Positions 30,983 through 45,665 of a stretch of DNA of 64,000 nt are shown here, piece after piece. The translations under genes and the position numbers were made by a program. The notes beneath the pieces were generated by a model. That model ran no database searches. It worked only from the letters and a program-made list of their open reading frames with translations, and was not told the DNA's origin. The stretch's first letter is position 1. The number at the start of each line of letters is the position of its first letter. Origin of the DNA: Escherichia coli (GTDB lineage: Bacteria > Pseudomonadota > Gammaproteobacteria > Enterobacterales > Enterobacteriaceae); assembly GCF_017348835.2 (NCBI RefSeq), contig NZ_CP071375.1. One strand, given 5' to 3'.

Positions 30983-31502
30983 ATGGAAGTCAACAAAAAG
31001 CAGCTGGCTGACATTTTCGGCGCGAGTATCCGTACCATTCAGAACTGGCAGGAGCAGGGAATGCCCGTTCTGCGGGGTGGTGGCAAGGGTAATGAAGTGC
31101 TTTATGACTCTGCCGCCGCCATAAAATGGTATGCCGAAAGGGATGCTGAAATTGAGAACGAAAAGCTGCGCCGGGAAGTTGAAGAACTGCGGCAGGCCAG
31201 CGAGACAGATCTCCAGCCAGGGACTATTGAGTACGAACGCCATCGACTTACGCGTGCGCAGGCCGACGCACAGGAGCTGAAAAATGCCAGAGACTCCGCT
31301 GAAGTGGTGGAAACCGCATTCTGTACTTTCGTGCTGTCGCGGATCGCAGGTGAAATTGCCAGTATTCTCGACGGGATCCCCCTGTCGGTGCAGCGGCGTT
31401 TTCCGGAACTGGAAAACCGACATGTTGATTTCCTGAAACGGGATATCATCAAAGCCATGAACAAAGCAGCCGCGCTGGATGAACTGATACCGGGGTTGCT
31501 GA

Positions 31503-31528
<26 letters not shown>
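30983..31528 (+). CDS. nu1: terminase small subunit (Nu1)
   Basis: 181-aa, near-identical to lambda Nu1 as recalled. Confidence 0.9.
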
Positions 31529-35209
<3,681 letters not shown>

Positions 35210-35229
<20 letters not shown>

Positions 35230-36529
35230 TCTCCCGCATATTGCCAGCATGGCTTTTAATGAGCCGCTGATGCTTGAACCCGCCTATGCGCGGGTTTTCT
35301 TTTGTGCGCTTGCAGGCCAGCTTGGGATCAGCCGCCTGACGGATGCAGTATCCGGCGACAGCCTGACTGCCGGAGAGGCACCCGCGGCGCTGGCGTTATC
35401 CGGTGATGATGACGGACCACGACAGGCCCGGAGTTATCAGGTCATGAACGGCATCGCCGTGCTGCCGGTGTCCGGTACGCTGGTCAGCCGGACGCGGGCG
35501 CTGCAGCCGTATTCGGGGATGACCGGTTACAACGGCATTATCGCCCGTCTGCAACAGGCTGCCAGCGACCCGATGGTGGACGGCATTCTGCTCGATATGG
35601 ACACACCGGGCGGAATGGTGGCGGGAGCATTTGACTGTGCTGACATCATCGCCCGTGTGCGTGACATAAAACCGGTATGGGCGCTGGCCAACGACATGAA
35701 CTGCAGTGCAGGTCAGCTGCTTGCCAGCGCCGCCTCCCGGCGTCTGGTCACGCAGACCGCCCGGACAGGCTCCATCGGCGTCATGATGGCTCACAGTAAT
35801 TACGGTGCTGCCCTGGAGAAACAGGGCGTGGAAATCACGCTGATTTACAGCGGCAGCCATAAGGTGGATGGCAACCCCTACAGCCATCTACCGGGTGATG
35901 TCCGGGAAACACTGCAGTCCCGGATGGATGCAACCCGCCGGATGTTTGCGCAGAAGGTGTCGGCATATACCGGCCTGTCCGTGCAGGCTGTGCTGGATAC
36001 CGAGGCTGCAGTGTACAGCGGTCAGGAGGCCATTGATGCCGGACTGGCTGATGAACTTGTCAACAGCACCGATGCGATCACCGTTATGCGTGATGCACTG
36101 GATGCACGTAAATCCCGTCTCTCAGGAGGGCGAATGACCAAAGAGACTCAATCAACAACTGTTTCAGCCACTGCTTCGCAGGCTGACGTTACTGGCGTGG
36201 TGCCAGCGATGGAGGGCGAAAACGCCAGCGCGGCGCAGCCGGACGTGAACGCGCAGATCACCGCTGCGGTTGCGGCAGAAAACAGCCGCATTATGGGGAT
36301 CCTCAACTGTGAGGAGGCTCACGGACGCGAAGAACAGGCCCGCGTGCTGGCAGAAACCCCCGGTATGACCGTGGAAACGGCCCGCCGCATTCTGGCCGCA
36401 GCACCACAGAGTGCACAGGCGCGCAGTGATACTGCGCTGGATCGTCTGATGCAGGGGGCACCGGCACCGCTGGCTGCAGGTAACCCGGCATCTGATGCCG
36501 TTAACGATTTGCTGAACACACCAGTGTAA
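35210..36529 (+). CDS. C: head protease/scaffold (gpC, Nu3 in-frame C-terminal part)
   Basis: 439-aa from GTG 35210 (VTAELRNLPHIASMAFNEP...); S49 peptidase-like. Confidence 0.85.
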
Positions 36530-36538
36530 GGGATGTTT

Positions 36539-36871
36539 ATGACGAGCAAAGAAACCTTTACCCATTACCAGCCGCTGGGCAACAGTGACCCGGCTCATAC
36601 CGCAACCGCGCCCGGCGGATTGAGTGCGAAAGCGCCTGCAATGACCCCGCTGATGCTGGACACCGCCACCCGTAAGCTGGTTGCGTGGGATGGCACCACC
36701 GACGGTGCTGCCGTTGGCATTCTGGCGGTTGCTGCTGACCAGACCAGCACCACGCTGACGTTCTACAAGTCCGGCACGTTCCGTTATGAGGATGTGCTCT
36801 GGCCGGAGGCTGCCAGCGATGAGACGAAAAAACGGACCGCGTTTGCCGGAACGGCAATCAGCATCGTTTAA
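36539..36871 (+). CDS. D: head decoration protein D
   Basis: 110-aa [27 protein letters not shown]... Confidence 0.9.
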   Translation: MTSKETFTHYQPLGNSDPAHTATAPGGLSAKAPAMTPLMLDTATRKLVAWDGTTDGAAVGILAVAADQTSTTLTFYKSGTFRYEDVLWPEAASDETKKRTAFAGTAISIV

Positions 36872-36926
36872 CCTTACCCTTCATCACTAAAGGCCGCCTG
36901 TGCGGCTTTTTTTACGGGATTTTTTT

Positions 36927-37952
36927 ATGTCGATGTACACAACCGCCCAGCTGCTGGCGGCAAATGAGCAGAAATTTAAGTTTGATCCGCTGTTTCTGCG
37001 TCTCTTTTTCCGTGAGAGCTATCCCTTCACCACGGAGAAAGTCTATCTCTCACAAATTCCGGGACTGGTAAACATGGCGCTGTACGTTTCGCCGATTGTT
37101 TCCGGTGAGGTTATCCGCTCCCGTGGCGGCTCCACCTCTGAATTTACGCCGGGATATGTCAAACCCAAGCATGAAGTGAATCCGCAGATGACCCTGCGTC
37201 GCCTGCCGGATGAAGATCCACAGAATCTGGCGGACCCGGCTTACCGCCGCCGTCGCATCATCCTGCAGAACATGCGAGACGAAGAGCTGGCCATTGCTCA
37301 GGTCGAAGAGATGCAGGCAGTTTCTGCCGTGCTTAAGGGCAAATACACCATGACCGGTGAAGCCTTCGATCCGGTTGAAGTGGATATGGGCCGCAGTGTG
37401 GCGAACAACATCACGCAGTCCGGCGGTACGGAGTGGAGCAAGCGTGACAAGTCCACGTATGACCCGACCGACGATATCGAAGCCTACGCGCTGAACGCCA
37501 GCGGTGTGGTGAATATCATCGTGTTTGATCCGAAAGGCTGGGCGCTGTTCCGTTCCTTCAAAGCCGTCAAGGAGAAGCTGGATACCCGTCGCGGCTCTCA
37601 TTCCGAGCTGGAGACAGCGGTAAAAGACCTGGGCGAAGCGGTGTCCTATAAGGGGATGTATGGCGATACGGCGATCGTCGTGTATTCCGGACAGTACGTG
37701 GAAAACGACGTCAAAAAGAACTTCCTTCCGGACAACACGATGGTGCTGGGGAACACTCAGGCACGCGGTCTGCGCACCTATGGCTGCATTCAGGATGCGG
37801 ACGCACAGCGCGAAGGTATTAACGCCTCTGCCCGCTACCCGAAAAACTGGGTGACCACCGGCGATCCGGCGCGTGAGTTCACCATGATTCAGTCAGCACC
37901 GCTGATGCTGCTGGCTGACCCTGATGCGTTCGTGTCCGTACAACTGGCGTAA
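36927..37952 (+). CDS. E: major capsid protein E
   Basis: 341-aa from ATG 36927 (MSMYTTAQLLAANEQKF...). Confidence 0.95.
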   Translation: MSMYTTAQLLAANEQKFKFDPLFLRLFFRESYPFTTEKVYLSQIPGLVNMALYVSPIVSGEVIRSRGGSTSEFTPGYVKPKHEVNPQMTLRRLPDEDPQNLADPAYRRRRIILQNMRDEELAIAQVEEMQAVSAVLKGKYTMTGEAFDPVEVDMGRSVANNITQSGGTEWSKRDKSTYDPTDDIEAYALNASGVVNIIVFDPKGWALFRSFKAVKEKLDTRRGSHSELETAVKDLGEAVSYKGMYGDTAIVVYSGQYVENDVKKNFLPDNTMVLGNTQARGLRTYGCIQDADAQREGINASARYPKNWVTTGDPAREFTMIQSAPLMLLADPDAFVSVQLA

Positions 37953-37993
37953 TCATGGCCCTTCGGGGCCATTTTCTCTCTGTGGAGGAGTCC

Positions 37994-38389
37994 ATGACGA
38001 AAGATGAACTGATTGCCCGTCTTCAGGTGCTGGGTGAGCAACTGAACCGTGATGTCAGCCTGACGGGGACGAAAGAAGAACTGGCACTCCGTGTGGCAGA
38101 GCTGGAAGAGGAGCTTGATGACACGGATGACGCTGCCGGTCAGGACACATCTGTCAGCCCGGAAAATGCGCTGACCGGACATGAAAATGAGGTTGTATCA
38201 GCGCAGCCGGATACCGTGACTGATACGGCTGATCTGGTCACGGTTGTGGCACTGGTGACGCTGCATACTGATGCACTTCACGCCACGCGGGATGAGGCTG
38301 TGGCATTTGTGCTGCCGGGAACGGCGTTCCGTGTCTCTGCCGGTGTGGCAGCTGAAATGACAGAGCGCGGCCTGGCCAGAATGCAATAA
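37994..38389 (+). CDS. FI: DNA packaging protein FI
   Basis: 131-aa from ATG 37994 with RBS ggaggag. Confidence 0.8.
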   Translation: MTKDELIARLQVLGEQLNRDVSLTGTKEELALRVAELEEELDDTDDAAGQDTSVSPENALTGHENEVVSAQPDTVTDTADLVTVVALVTLHTDALHATRDEAVAFVLPGTAFRVSAGVAAEMTERGLARMQ

Positions 38390-38400
38390 CGGGAGGCGCT

Positions 38401-38775
38401 GTGGCTGATTTCGATAACCTGTTCGATGCTGCCATTGCCTGCGCCGATGAAACGATACGCGGGTACATGGGAACGTCAGCCACCATGACATCCGGTGAGC
38501 AGTCCGGTGCTGTGATACGTGGTGTTTTTGATGACCCTGAAAATATCAGCTATGCCGGACAGGGCGTGCGCGTTGAAGGCTCCAGCCCGTCCCTGTTTGT
38601 CCGGACTGATGATGTGCGGCAGCTGCGGCGCGGCGACACGCTGACCATCGGTGAGGAAAACTTCTGGATAGACCGGATTTCGCCGGATGATGGCGGAAGC
38701 TGTCATCTCTGGCTTGGGCGGGGCGTACCGCCTGCCGTTAACCGTCGCCGCTGGAAGGGGGATGTATGGCCATAA
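38401..38775 (+). CDS. FII: head-tail connector FII
   Basis: 124-aa, GTG start. Confidence 0.85.
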   Translation: MADFDNLFDAAIACADETIRGYMGTSATMTSGEQSGAVIRGVFDDPENISYAGQGVRVEGSSPSLFVRTDDVRQLRRGDTLTIGEENFWIDRISPDDGGSCHLWLGRGVPPAVNRRRWKGDVWP

Positions 38776-39344
38776 AAGGTCTTGAGCAGGCCGTTGAAAA
38801 CCTCAGCCGTATCAGCAGAACGGCGGTGCCCGGTGCCGCCGCAATGGCCATTAACCGCGTTGCTTCATCCGCGATATCGCAGTCGGTGTCACAGGTTGCC
38901 CGTGAGACAAAGGTACGCCGGAAACTGGTAAAGGAAAGGGCCAGGCTGAAAAGGGCCACGGTCAAAAATCCGCAGGCCAGAATCAAGGTTAACCGGGGGG
39001 ATTTGCCCGTAATCAAGCTGGGTAATGCGCGGGTTGTCCTTTCGCGCCGCAGGCGTCGTAAAAAGGGGCAGCGTTCATCCCTGAAAGGTGGCGGCAGCGT
39101 GCTTGTGGTGGGTAACCGTCGTATTCCCGGCGCGTTTATTCAGCAACTGAAAAATGGCCGGTGGCATGTTATGCAGCGTGTGGCCGGGAAAAACCGTTAC
39201 CCCATTGATGTGGTGAAAATCCCGATGGCGGTGCCGCTGACCACGGCGTTTAAACAAAATATTGAGCGGATACGGCGTGAACGTCTTCCGAAAGAGCTGG
39301 GCTATGCGCTGCAGCATCAACTGAGGATGGTAATAAAGCGATGA
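38766..39344 (+). CDS. Z: tail completion protein Z
   Basis: 192-aa lambda Z-like. Confidence 0.85.
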   Translation: MAIKGLEQAVENLSRISRTAVPGAAAMAINRVASSAISQSVSQVARETKVRRKLVKERARLKRATVKNPQARIKVNRGDLPVIKLGNARVVLSRRRRRKKGQRSSLKGGGSVLVVGNRRIPGAFIQQLKNGRWHVMQRVAGKNRYPIDVVKIPMAVPLTTAFKQNIERIRRERLPKELGYALQHQLRMVIKR

Positions 39345-39736
39345 AACATACTGAACTCCGTGCAGCCGTACTGGATGCACTGGAGAAGCATGACACCGGG
39401 GCGACGTTTTTTGATGGTCGCCCCGCTGTTTTTGATGAGGCGGATTTTCCGGCAGTTGCCGTTTATCTCACCGGCGCTGAATACACGGGCGAAGAGCTGG
39501 ACAGCGATACCTGGCAGGCGGAGCTGCATATCGAAGTTTTCCTGCCTGCTCAGGTGCCGGATTCAGAGCTGGATGCGTGGATGGAGTCCCGGATTTATCC
39601 GGTGATGAGCGATATCCCGGCACTGTCAGAGTTGATCACCAGTATGGTGGCCAGTGGCTATGACTACCGACGCGACGATGATGCGGGCCTGTGGAGTTCA
39701 GCCGATCTGACTTATGTCATTACCTATGAAATGTGA
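39341..39736 (+). CDS. U: tail terminator protein U
   Basis: 131-aa lambda U-like. Confidence 0.85.
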   Translation: MKHTELRAAVLDALEKHDTGATFFDGRPAVFDEADFPAVAVYLTGAEYTGEELDSDTWQAELHIEVFLPAQVPDSELDAWMESRIYPVMSDIPALSELITSMVASGYDYRRDDDAGLWSSADLTYVITYEM

Positions 39737-39743
39737 GGACGCT

Positions 39744-40484
39744 ATGCCTGTACCAAATCCTGTAATGCCGGTGAAAGGTGCCGGGACCACCCTGTGGGTT
39801 TATAAGGGGAGCGGTGACCCTTATGCGAATCCGCTTTCAGACGTTGACTGGTCGCGTCTGGCAAAAGTTAAAGACCTGACGCCCGGCGAACTGACCGCTG
39901 AGTCCTATGACGACAGCTATCTCGATGATGAAGATGCGGACTGGACTGCGACCGGGCAGGGGCAGAAATCAGCCGGAGATACCAGCTTCACGCTGGCGTG
40001 GATGCCCGGAGAGCAGGGGCAGCAGGCGCTGCTGGCGTGGTTTAATGAAGGTGATACCCGTGCCTATAAAATCCGCTTCCCGAACGGCACGGTCGATGTG
40101 TTCCGTGGCTGGGTCAGCAGTATCGGTAAAGCGGTGACGGCGAAGGAAGTGATCACCCGCACGGTGAAGGTCACCAATGTGGGACGTCCGTCGATGGCAG
40201 AAGATCGCAGCACGGTCACAGCGGCAACCGGCATGACCGTGACGCCTGCCAGCACCTCGGTGGTGAAAGGGCAGAGCACCACGCTGACCGTGGCATTCCA
40301 GCCGGAAGGCGCAACCGACAAGAGCTTCCGTGCGGTGTCTGCGGATAAAACAAAAGCCACCGTGTCGGTCAGTGGTATGACCATCACCGTGAAAGGTGTT
40401 GCTGCAGGCAAGGTCAACATTCCGGTCGTATCCGGTAATGGTGAACTTGCTGCGGTTGCAGAAATCACTGTCACCGACAGTTAA
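39744..40484 (+). CDS. V: major tail tube protein V
   Basis: 246-aa from ATG 39744; C-terminal Ig-like domain. Confidence 0.9.
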   Translation: MPVPNPVMPVKGAGTTLWVYKGSGDPYANPLSDVDWSRLAKVKDLTPGELTAESYDDSYLDDEDADWTATGQGQKSAGDTSFTLAWMPGEQGQQALLAWFNEGDTRAYKIRFPNGTVDVFRGWVSSIGKAVTAKEVITRTVKVTNVGRPSMAEDRSTVTAATGMTVTPASTSVVKGQSTTLTVAFQPEGATDKSFRAVSADKTKATVSVSGMTITVKGVAAGKVNIPVVSGNGELAAVAEITVTDS

Positions 40485-40499
40485 TCCGGAGAGTCAGCG

Positions 40500-40922
40500 A
40501 TGTTCCTGAAAACCGAATCATTTGAACATAACGGCGTGACCGTCACGCTTTCTGAACTTTCAGCCCTGCAGCGTATTGAGCATCTCGCCCTGATGAAACG
40601 GCAGGCAGAACAGGCGGAGTCAGACAGCAACCGGAAGTTTACAGTGGAAGACGCCATCAGAACCGGTGCTTTTGTGGTGGCGATGTCCCTGTGGCATAAC
40701 CATCCGCAGAAGACAAAGCAGCCTTCCATGAATGAAGCCGTTAAACAGATTGAGCAGGAAGTGCTTACCACCTGGCCCACAGAGGCAATTTCTCATGCTG
40801 AAAACGTGGTGTACCGGCTGTCCGGTATGTATGAGTTTGTGGTGAATGATGCCCCTGAACAGGCAGAGGACGCCGGGCCTGCAGAGCCTGTTTCTGCGGG
40901 AAAGTGTTCGACGGTGAGCTGA
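40500..40922 (+). CDS. G: tail assembly chaperone G
   Basis: 140-aa lambda G-like. Confidence 0.85.
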   Translation: MFLKTESFEHNGVTVTLSELSALQRIEHLALMKRQAEQAESDSNRKFTVEDAIRTGAFVVAMSLWHNHPQKTKQPSMNEAVKQIEQEVLTTWPTEAISHAENVVYRLSGMYEFVVNDAPEQAEDAGPAEPVSAGKCSTVS

Positions 40923-41338
40923 GTTTTGCCCTGAAACTGGCGCGCGAGATGGGGCGACCCGACTGGCGTGCCATGCTTGCCGGGATGTCATCCACGGAGT
41001 ATGCCGACTGGCACCGCTTTTACAGTACCCATTATTTTCATGATGTTCTGCTGGATATGCACTTTTCCGGGCTGACGTACACCGTGCTCAGCCTGTTTTT
41101 CAGCGATCCGGATATGCATCCGCTGGATTTCAGTCTGCTGAACCGGCGTGAGGCTGACGAAGAGCCTGAAGATGATGTGCTGATGCAGAAAGCGGCAGGG
41201 CTTGCCGGAGGCGTCCGCTTTGGCCCGGACGGGAATGAAGTTATCCCCGCTTCCCCGGATGTGGCGGACATGACGGAGGATGACGTAATGCTGATGACAG
41301 TATCAGAAGGGATCGCAGGAGGAGTCCGGTATGGCTGA
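40500..41338 (+). CDS. T: G-T fusion product made by programmed -1 ribosomal frameshift
   Basis: Slippery heptamer G GGA AAG at 40898-40904 near the end of G; the T frame lacks its own start context and continues to 41338. Confidence 0.75.
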
Positions 41339-43892
41339 ACCGGTAGGCGATCTGGTCGTTGATTTAAGTCTGGATGCGGCCAGATTTGACGAGCAGATGG
41401 CCAGAGTCAGGCGTCATTTTTCCGGTACGGAAAGTGATGCGAAAAAAACAGCGGCAGTCGTTGAACAGTCGCTGAGCCGACAGGCGCTGGCTGCACAGAA
41501 AGCGGGGATTTCCGTCGGGCAGTATAAAGCCGCCATGCGTATGCTGCCTGCACAGTTCACCGACGTGGCCACGCAGCTTGCAGGCGGGCAAAGTCCGTGG
41601 CTGATCCTGCTGCAACAGGGGGGGCAGGTGAAGGACTCCTTCGGCGGGATGATCCCCATGTTCAGGGGGCTTGCCGGTGCGATCACCCTGCCGATGGTGG
41701 GGGCCACCTCGCTGGCGGTGGCGACCGGTGCGCTGGCGTATGCCTGGTATCAGGGCAACTCAACCCTGTCCGATTTCAACAAAACGCTGGTCCTTTCCGG
41801 CAATCAGGCGGGACTGACGGCAGATCGTATGCTGGTCCTGTCCAGAGCCGGGCAGGCGGCAGGGCTGACGTTTAACCAGACCAGCGAGTCACTCAGCGCA
41901 CTGGTTAAGGCGGGGGTAAGCGGTGAGGCTCAGATTGCGTCCATCAGCCAGAGTGTGGCGCGTTTCTCCTCTGCATCCGGCGTGGAGGTGGACAAGGTCG
42001 CTGAAGCCTTCGGGAAGCTGACCACAGACCCGACGTCGGGGCTGACGGCGATGGCACGCCAGTTCCATAACGTGACGGCGGAGCAGATTGCGTATGTTGC
42101 TCAGTTGCAGCGTTCCGGCGATGAAGCCGGGGCATTGCAGGCGGCGAACGAGGCCGCAACGAAAGGGTTTGATGACCAGACCCGCCGCCTGAAAGAGAAC
42201 ATGGGCACGCTGGAGACCTGGGCAGACAGGACTGCGCGGGCCTTCAAATCCATGTGGGATGCGGTGCTGGATATTGGTCGTCCTGATACCGCGCAGGAGA
42301 TGCTGATTAAGGCAGAGGCTGCGTTTAAGAAAGCAGACGACATCTGGAATCTGCGCAAGGATGATTATTTTGTTAACGATGAAGCGCGGGCGCGTTACTG
42401 GGATGATCGTGAAAAGGCCCGTCTTGCGCTTGAAGCCGCCCGAAAGAAGGCTGAGCAGCAGACTCAACAGGACAAAAATGCGCAGCAGCAGAGCGATACC
42501 GAAGCGTCACGGCTGAAATATACCGAAGAGGCGCAGAAGGCTTACAAACGGCTGCAGACGCCGCTGGAGAAATATACCGCCCGTCAGGAAGAACTGAACA
42601 AGGCACTGAAAGACGGGAAAATCCTGCAGGCGGATTACAACACGCTGATGGCGGCGGCGAAAAAGGATTATGAAGCGACGCTGAAAAAGCCGAAACAGTC
42701 CGGCGTGAAGGTGTCTGCGGGCGATCGTCAGGAAGACAGTGCTCATGCTGCCCTGCTGACGCTTCAGGCAGAACTCCGGACGCTGGAGAAGCATGCCGGA
42801 GCGAATGAGAAAATCAGCCAGCAGCGCCGGGATTTGTGGAAGGCAGAAAGTCAGTTCGCGGTACTGGAGGAGGCGGCACAACGTCGCCAGCTGTCCGCAC
42901 AGGAGAAATCCCTGCTGGCGCATAAAGATGAGACGCTGGAGTACAAACGCCAGCTGGCTGCACTTGGCGACAAGGTTACGTATCAGGAGCGCCTGAACGC
43001 GCTGGCGCAGCAGGCGGATAAATTCGCACAGCAGCAACGGGCAAAACGGGCCGCCATTGATGCGAAAAGCCGGGGGCTGACTGACCGGCAGGCAGAACGG
43101 GAAGCCACGGAACAGCGCCTGAAGGAACAGTATGGCGATAATCCGCTGGCGCTGAATAACGTCATGTCAGAGCAGAAAAAGACCTGGGCGGCTGAAGACC
43201 AGCTTCGCGGGAGCTGGATGGCAGGCCTGAAGTCCGGCTGGAGTGAGTGGGAAGAGAGCGCCACGGACAGTATGTCGCAGGTAAAAAGTGCAGCCACGCA
43301 GACCTTTGATGGTATTGCACAGAATATGGCAGCGATGCTGACCGGCAGTGAGCAGAACTGGCGCAGCTTCACCCGTTCCGTGCTGTCCATGATGACAGAA
43401 ATTCTGCTTAAGCAGGCAATGGTGGGGATTGTCGGGAGTATCGGCAGCGCCATTGGCGGGGCTGTTGGTGGCGGCGCATCCGCGTCAGGCGGTACAGCCA
43501 TTCAGGCCGCTGCGGCGAAATTCCATTTTGCAACCGGAGGATTTACGGGAACCGGCGGCAAATATGAGCCAGCGGGGATTGTTCACCGTGGTGAATTTGT
43601 CTTCACGAAGGAGGCAACCAGCCGGATTGGCGTGGGGAATCTCTACCGGCTGATGCGCGGCTATGCCACCGGTGGTTATGTCGGTACACCGGGCAGTCTG
43701 GCTGACAGCCGGTCGCAGGCGTCCGGGACGTTTGAGCAGAATAACCATGTGGTGATTAACAACGACGGCACGAACGGGCAGATAGGTCCGGCTGCTCTGA
43801 AGGCGGTGTATGACATGGCCCGCAAGGGTGCCCGTGATGAAATTCAGACACAGATGCGTGATGGTGGCCTGTTCTCCGGAGGTGGACGATGA
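41331..43892 (+). CDS. H: tail tape measure protein H
   Basis: 853-aa lambda H-like. Confidence 0.9.
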   Translation: MAEPVGDLVVDLSLDAARFDEQMARVRRHFSGTESDAKKTAAVVEQSLSRQALAAQKAGISVGQYKAAMRMLPAQFTDVATQLAGGQSPWLILLQQGGQVKDSFGGMIPMFRGLAGAITLPMVGATSLAVATGALAYAWYQGNSTLSDFNKTLVLSGNQAGLTADRMLVLSRAGQAAGLTFNQTSESLSALVKAGVSGEAQIASISQSVARFSSASGVEVDKVAEAFGKLTTDPTSGLTAMARQFHNVTAEQIAYVAQLQRSGDEAGALQAANEAATKGFDDQTRRLKENMGTLETWADRTARAFKSMWDAVLDIGRPDTAQEMLIKAEAAFKKADDIWNLRKDDYFVNDEARARYWDDREKARLALEAARKKAEQQTQQDKNAQQQSDTEASRLKYTEEAQKAYKRLQTPLEKYTARQEELNKALKDGKILQADYNTLMAAAKKDYEATLKKPKQSGVKVSAGDRQEDSAHAALLTLQAELRTLEKHAGANEKISQQRRDLWKAESQFAVLEEAAQRRQLSAQEKSLLAHKDETLEYKRQLAALGDKVTYQERLNALAQQADKFAQQQRAKRAAIDAKSRGLTDRQAEREATEQRLKEQYGDNPLALNNVMSEQKKTWAAEDQLRGSWMAGLKSGWSEWEESATDSMSQVKSAATQTFDGIAQNMAAMLTGSEQNWRSFTRSVLSMMTEILLKQAMVGIVGSIGSAIGGAVGGGASASGGTAIQAAAAKFHFATGGFTGTGGKYEPAGIVHRGEFVFTKEATSRIGVGNLYRLMRGYATGGYVGTPGSLADSRSQASGTFEQNNHVVINNDGTNGQIGPAALKAVYDMARKGARDEIQTQMRDGGLFSGGGR

Positions 43893-44218
43893 AAACCTTC
43901 CGCTGGAAAGTGAAACCCGGTATGGATGTGGCTTCGGCCCCTTCTGTAAGAAAGGTGCGCTTTGGTGATGGCTATTCCCAGCGAGCGCCTGCCGGGCTGA
44001 ATGCCAACCTGAAAACGTACAGCGTGACGCTTTCTGTCCCCCGTGAGGAGGCCACGGTACTGGAGTCGTTTCTGGAAGAGCACGGGGGCTGGAAATCCTT
44101 TCTGTGGACGCCGCCTTATGAGTGGCGGCAGATAAAGGTGACCTGCGCAAAATGGTCGTCGCGGGTCAGTATGCTGCGTGTTGAGTTCAGCGCAGAGTTT
44201 GAACAGGTGGTGAACTGA
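43889..44218 (+). CDS. M: tail tip protein M
   Basis: 109-aa. Confidence 0.85.
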   Translation: MKTFRWKVKPGMDVASAPSVRKVRFGDGYSQRAPAGLNANLKTYSVTLSVPREEATVLESFLEEHGGWKSFLWTPPYEWRQIKVTCAKWSSRVSMLRVEFSAEFEQVVN

Positions 44219-44916
44219 TGCAGGATATCCGGCAGGAAACACTGAATGAATGCACCCGTGCGGAGCAGTCGGCCAGCGTGGTGCTCTGGGAAATCGACCT
44301 GACAGAGGTCGGTGGAGAACGTTATTTTTTCTGTAATGAGCAGAACGAAAAAGGTGAGCCGGTCACCTGGCAGGGGCGACAGTATCAGCCGTATCCCATT
44401 CAGGGGAGCGGTTTTGAACTGAATGGCAAAGGCACCAGTACGCGCCCCACGCTGACGGTTTCTAACCTGTACGGTATGGTCACCGGGATGGCGGAAGATC
44501 TGCAGAGTCTGGTCGGCGGAACGGTGGTCCGGCGTAAGGTTTACGCCCGTTTTCTGGATGCGGTGAACTTCGTCAACGGAAACAGTGACGCCGATCCGGA
44601 GCAGGAGGTGATCAGCCGCTGGCGCATCGAGCAGTGCAGCGAACTGAGCGCGGTGAGTGCCTCCTTTGTACTGTCCACGCCGACGGAAACGGATGGCGCT
44701 GTTTTTCCGGGACGTATCATGCTGGCCAACACCTGCACCTGGACCTATCGCGGTGACGAGTGCGGTTATAGCGGTCCGGCTGTCGCGGATGAATATGACC
44801 AGCCAACGTCCGATATCACGAAGGATAAATGCAGCAAATGCCTGAGCGGTTGTAAGTTCCGCAATAACGTCGGCAACTTTGGCGGCTTCCTTTCCATTAA
44901 CAAACTTTCGCAGTAA
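44218..44916 (+). CDS. L: tail tip protein L
   Basis: 232-aa. Confidence 0.9.
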   Translation: MQDIRQETLNECTRAEQSASVVLWEIDLTEVGGERYFFCNEQNEKGEPVTWQGRQYQPYPIQGSGFELNGKGTSTRPTLTVSNLYGMVTGMAEDLQSLVGGTVVRRKVYARFLDAVNFVNGNSDADPEQEVISRWRIEQCSELSAVSASFVLSTPTETDGAVFPGRIMLANTCTWTYRGDECGYSGPAVADEYDQPTSDITKDKCSKCLSGCKFRNNVGNFGGFLSINKLSQ

Positions 44917-44921
44917 ATCCC

Positions 44922-45665
44922 ATGACACAGACAGAATCAGCGATTCTGGCGCACGCCCGGCGATGTGCGCCAGCGGAGTCGTGCGGCTTTGTGGTAAGCA
45001 CGCCGGAGGGGGAAAGATATTTCCCCTGCGTGAATATCTCCGGTGAGCCGGAGGCGTATTTCCGTATGTCGCCGGAAGACTGGCTGCAGGCAGAAATGCA
45101 GGGTGAGATTGTGGCGCTGGTCCACAGCCACCCCGGTGGTCTGCCCTGGCTGAGTGAGGCCGACCGGCGGCTGCAGGTGCAGAGTGATTTGCCGTGGTGG
45201 CTGGTCTGCCGGGGGACGATTCATAAGTTCCGCTGTGTGCCGCATCTCACCGGGCGGCGCTTTGAGCACGGTGTGACGGACTGTTACACACTGTTCCGGG
45301 ATGCTTATCATCTGGCGGGGATTGAGATGCCGGACTTTCATCGTGAGGATGACTGGTGGCGTAACGGCCAGAATCTCTATCTGGATAATCTGGAGGCGAC
45401 GGGGCTGTATCAGGTGCCGTTGTCAGCGGCACAGCCGGGCGATGTGCTGCTGTGCTGTTTTGGTTCATCGGTGCCGAATCACGCCGCAATTTACTGCGGC
45501 GACGGCGAGCTGCTGCACCATATTCCTGAACAACTGAGCAAACGAGAGAGGTACACCGACAAATGGCAGCGACGCACACACTCCCTCTGGCGTCACCGGG
45601 CATGGCGCGCATCTGCCTTTACGGGGATTTACAACGATTTGGTCGCCGCATCGACCTTCGTGTGA
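44922..45665 (+). CDS. K: tail tip assembly protein K (JAMM/MPN plus NlpC/P60-like)
   Basis: Open frame from 44922; HSHPGGLPWLSEAD JAMM-type motif; classical lambda K start corresponds to ATG 45066. Confidence 0.8.
   Translation: MTQTESAILAHARRCAPAESCGFVVSTPEGERYFPCVNISGEPEAYFRMSPEDWLQAEMQGEIVALVHSHPGGLPWLSEADRRLQVQSDLPWWLVCRGTIHKFRCVPHLTGRRFEHGVTDCYTLFRDAYHLAGIEMPDFHREDDWWRNGQNLYLDNLEATGLYQVPLSAAQPGDVLLCCFGSSVPNHAAIYCGDGELLHHIPEQLSKRERYTDKWQRRTHSLWRHRAWRASAFTGIYNDLVAASTFV

Noticed and set aside
40904-41338. T called as a stand-alone ORF
   Set aside because: No independent start context; it is expressed as a G-T fusion through the slippery site at 40898-40904.
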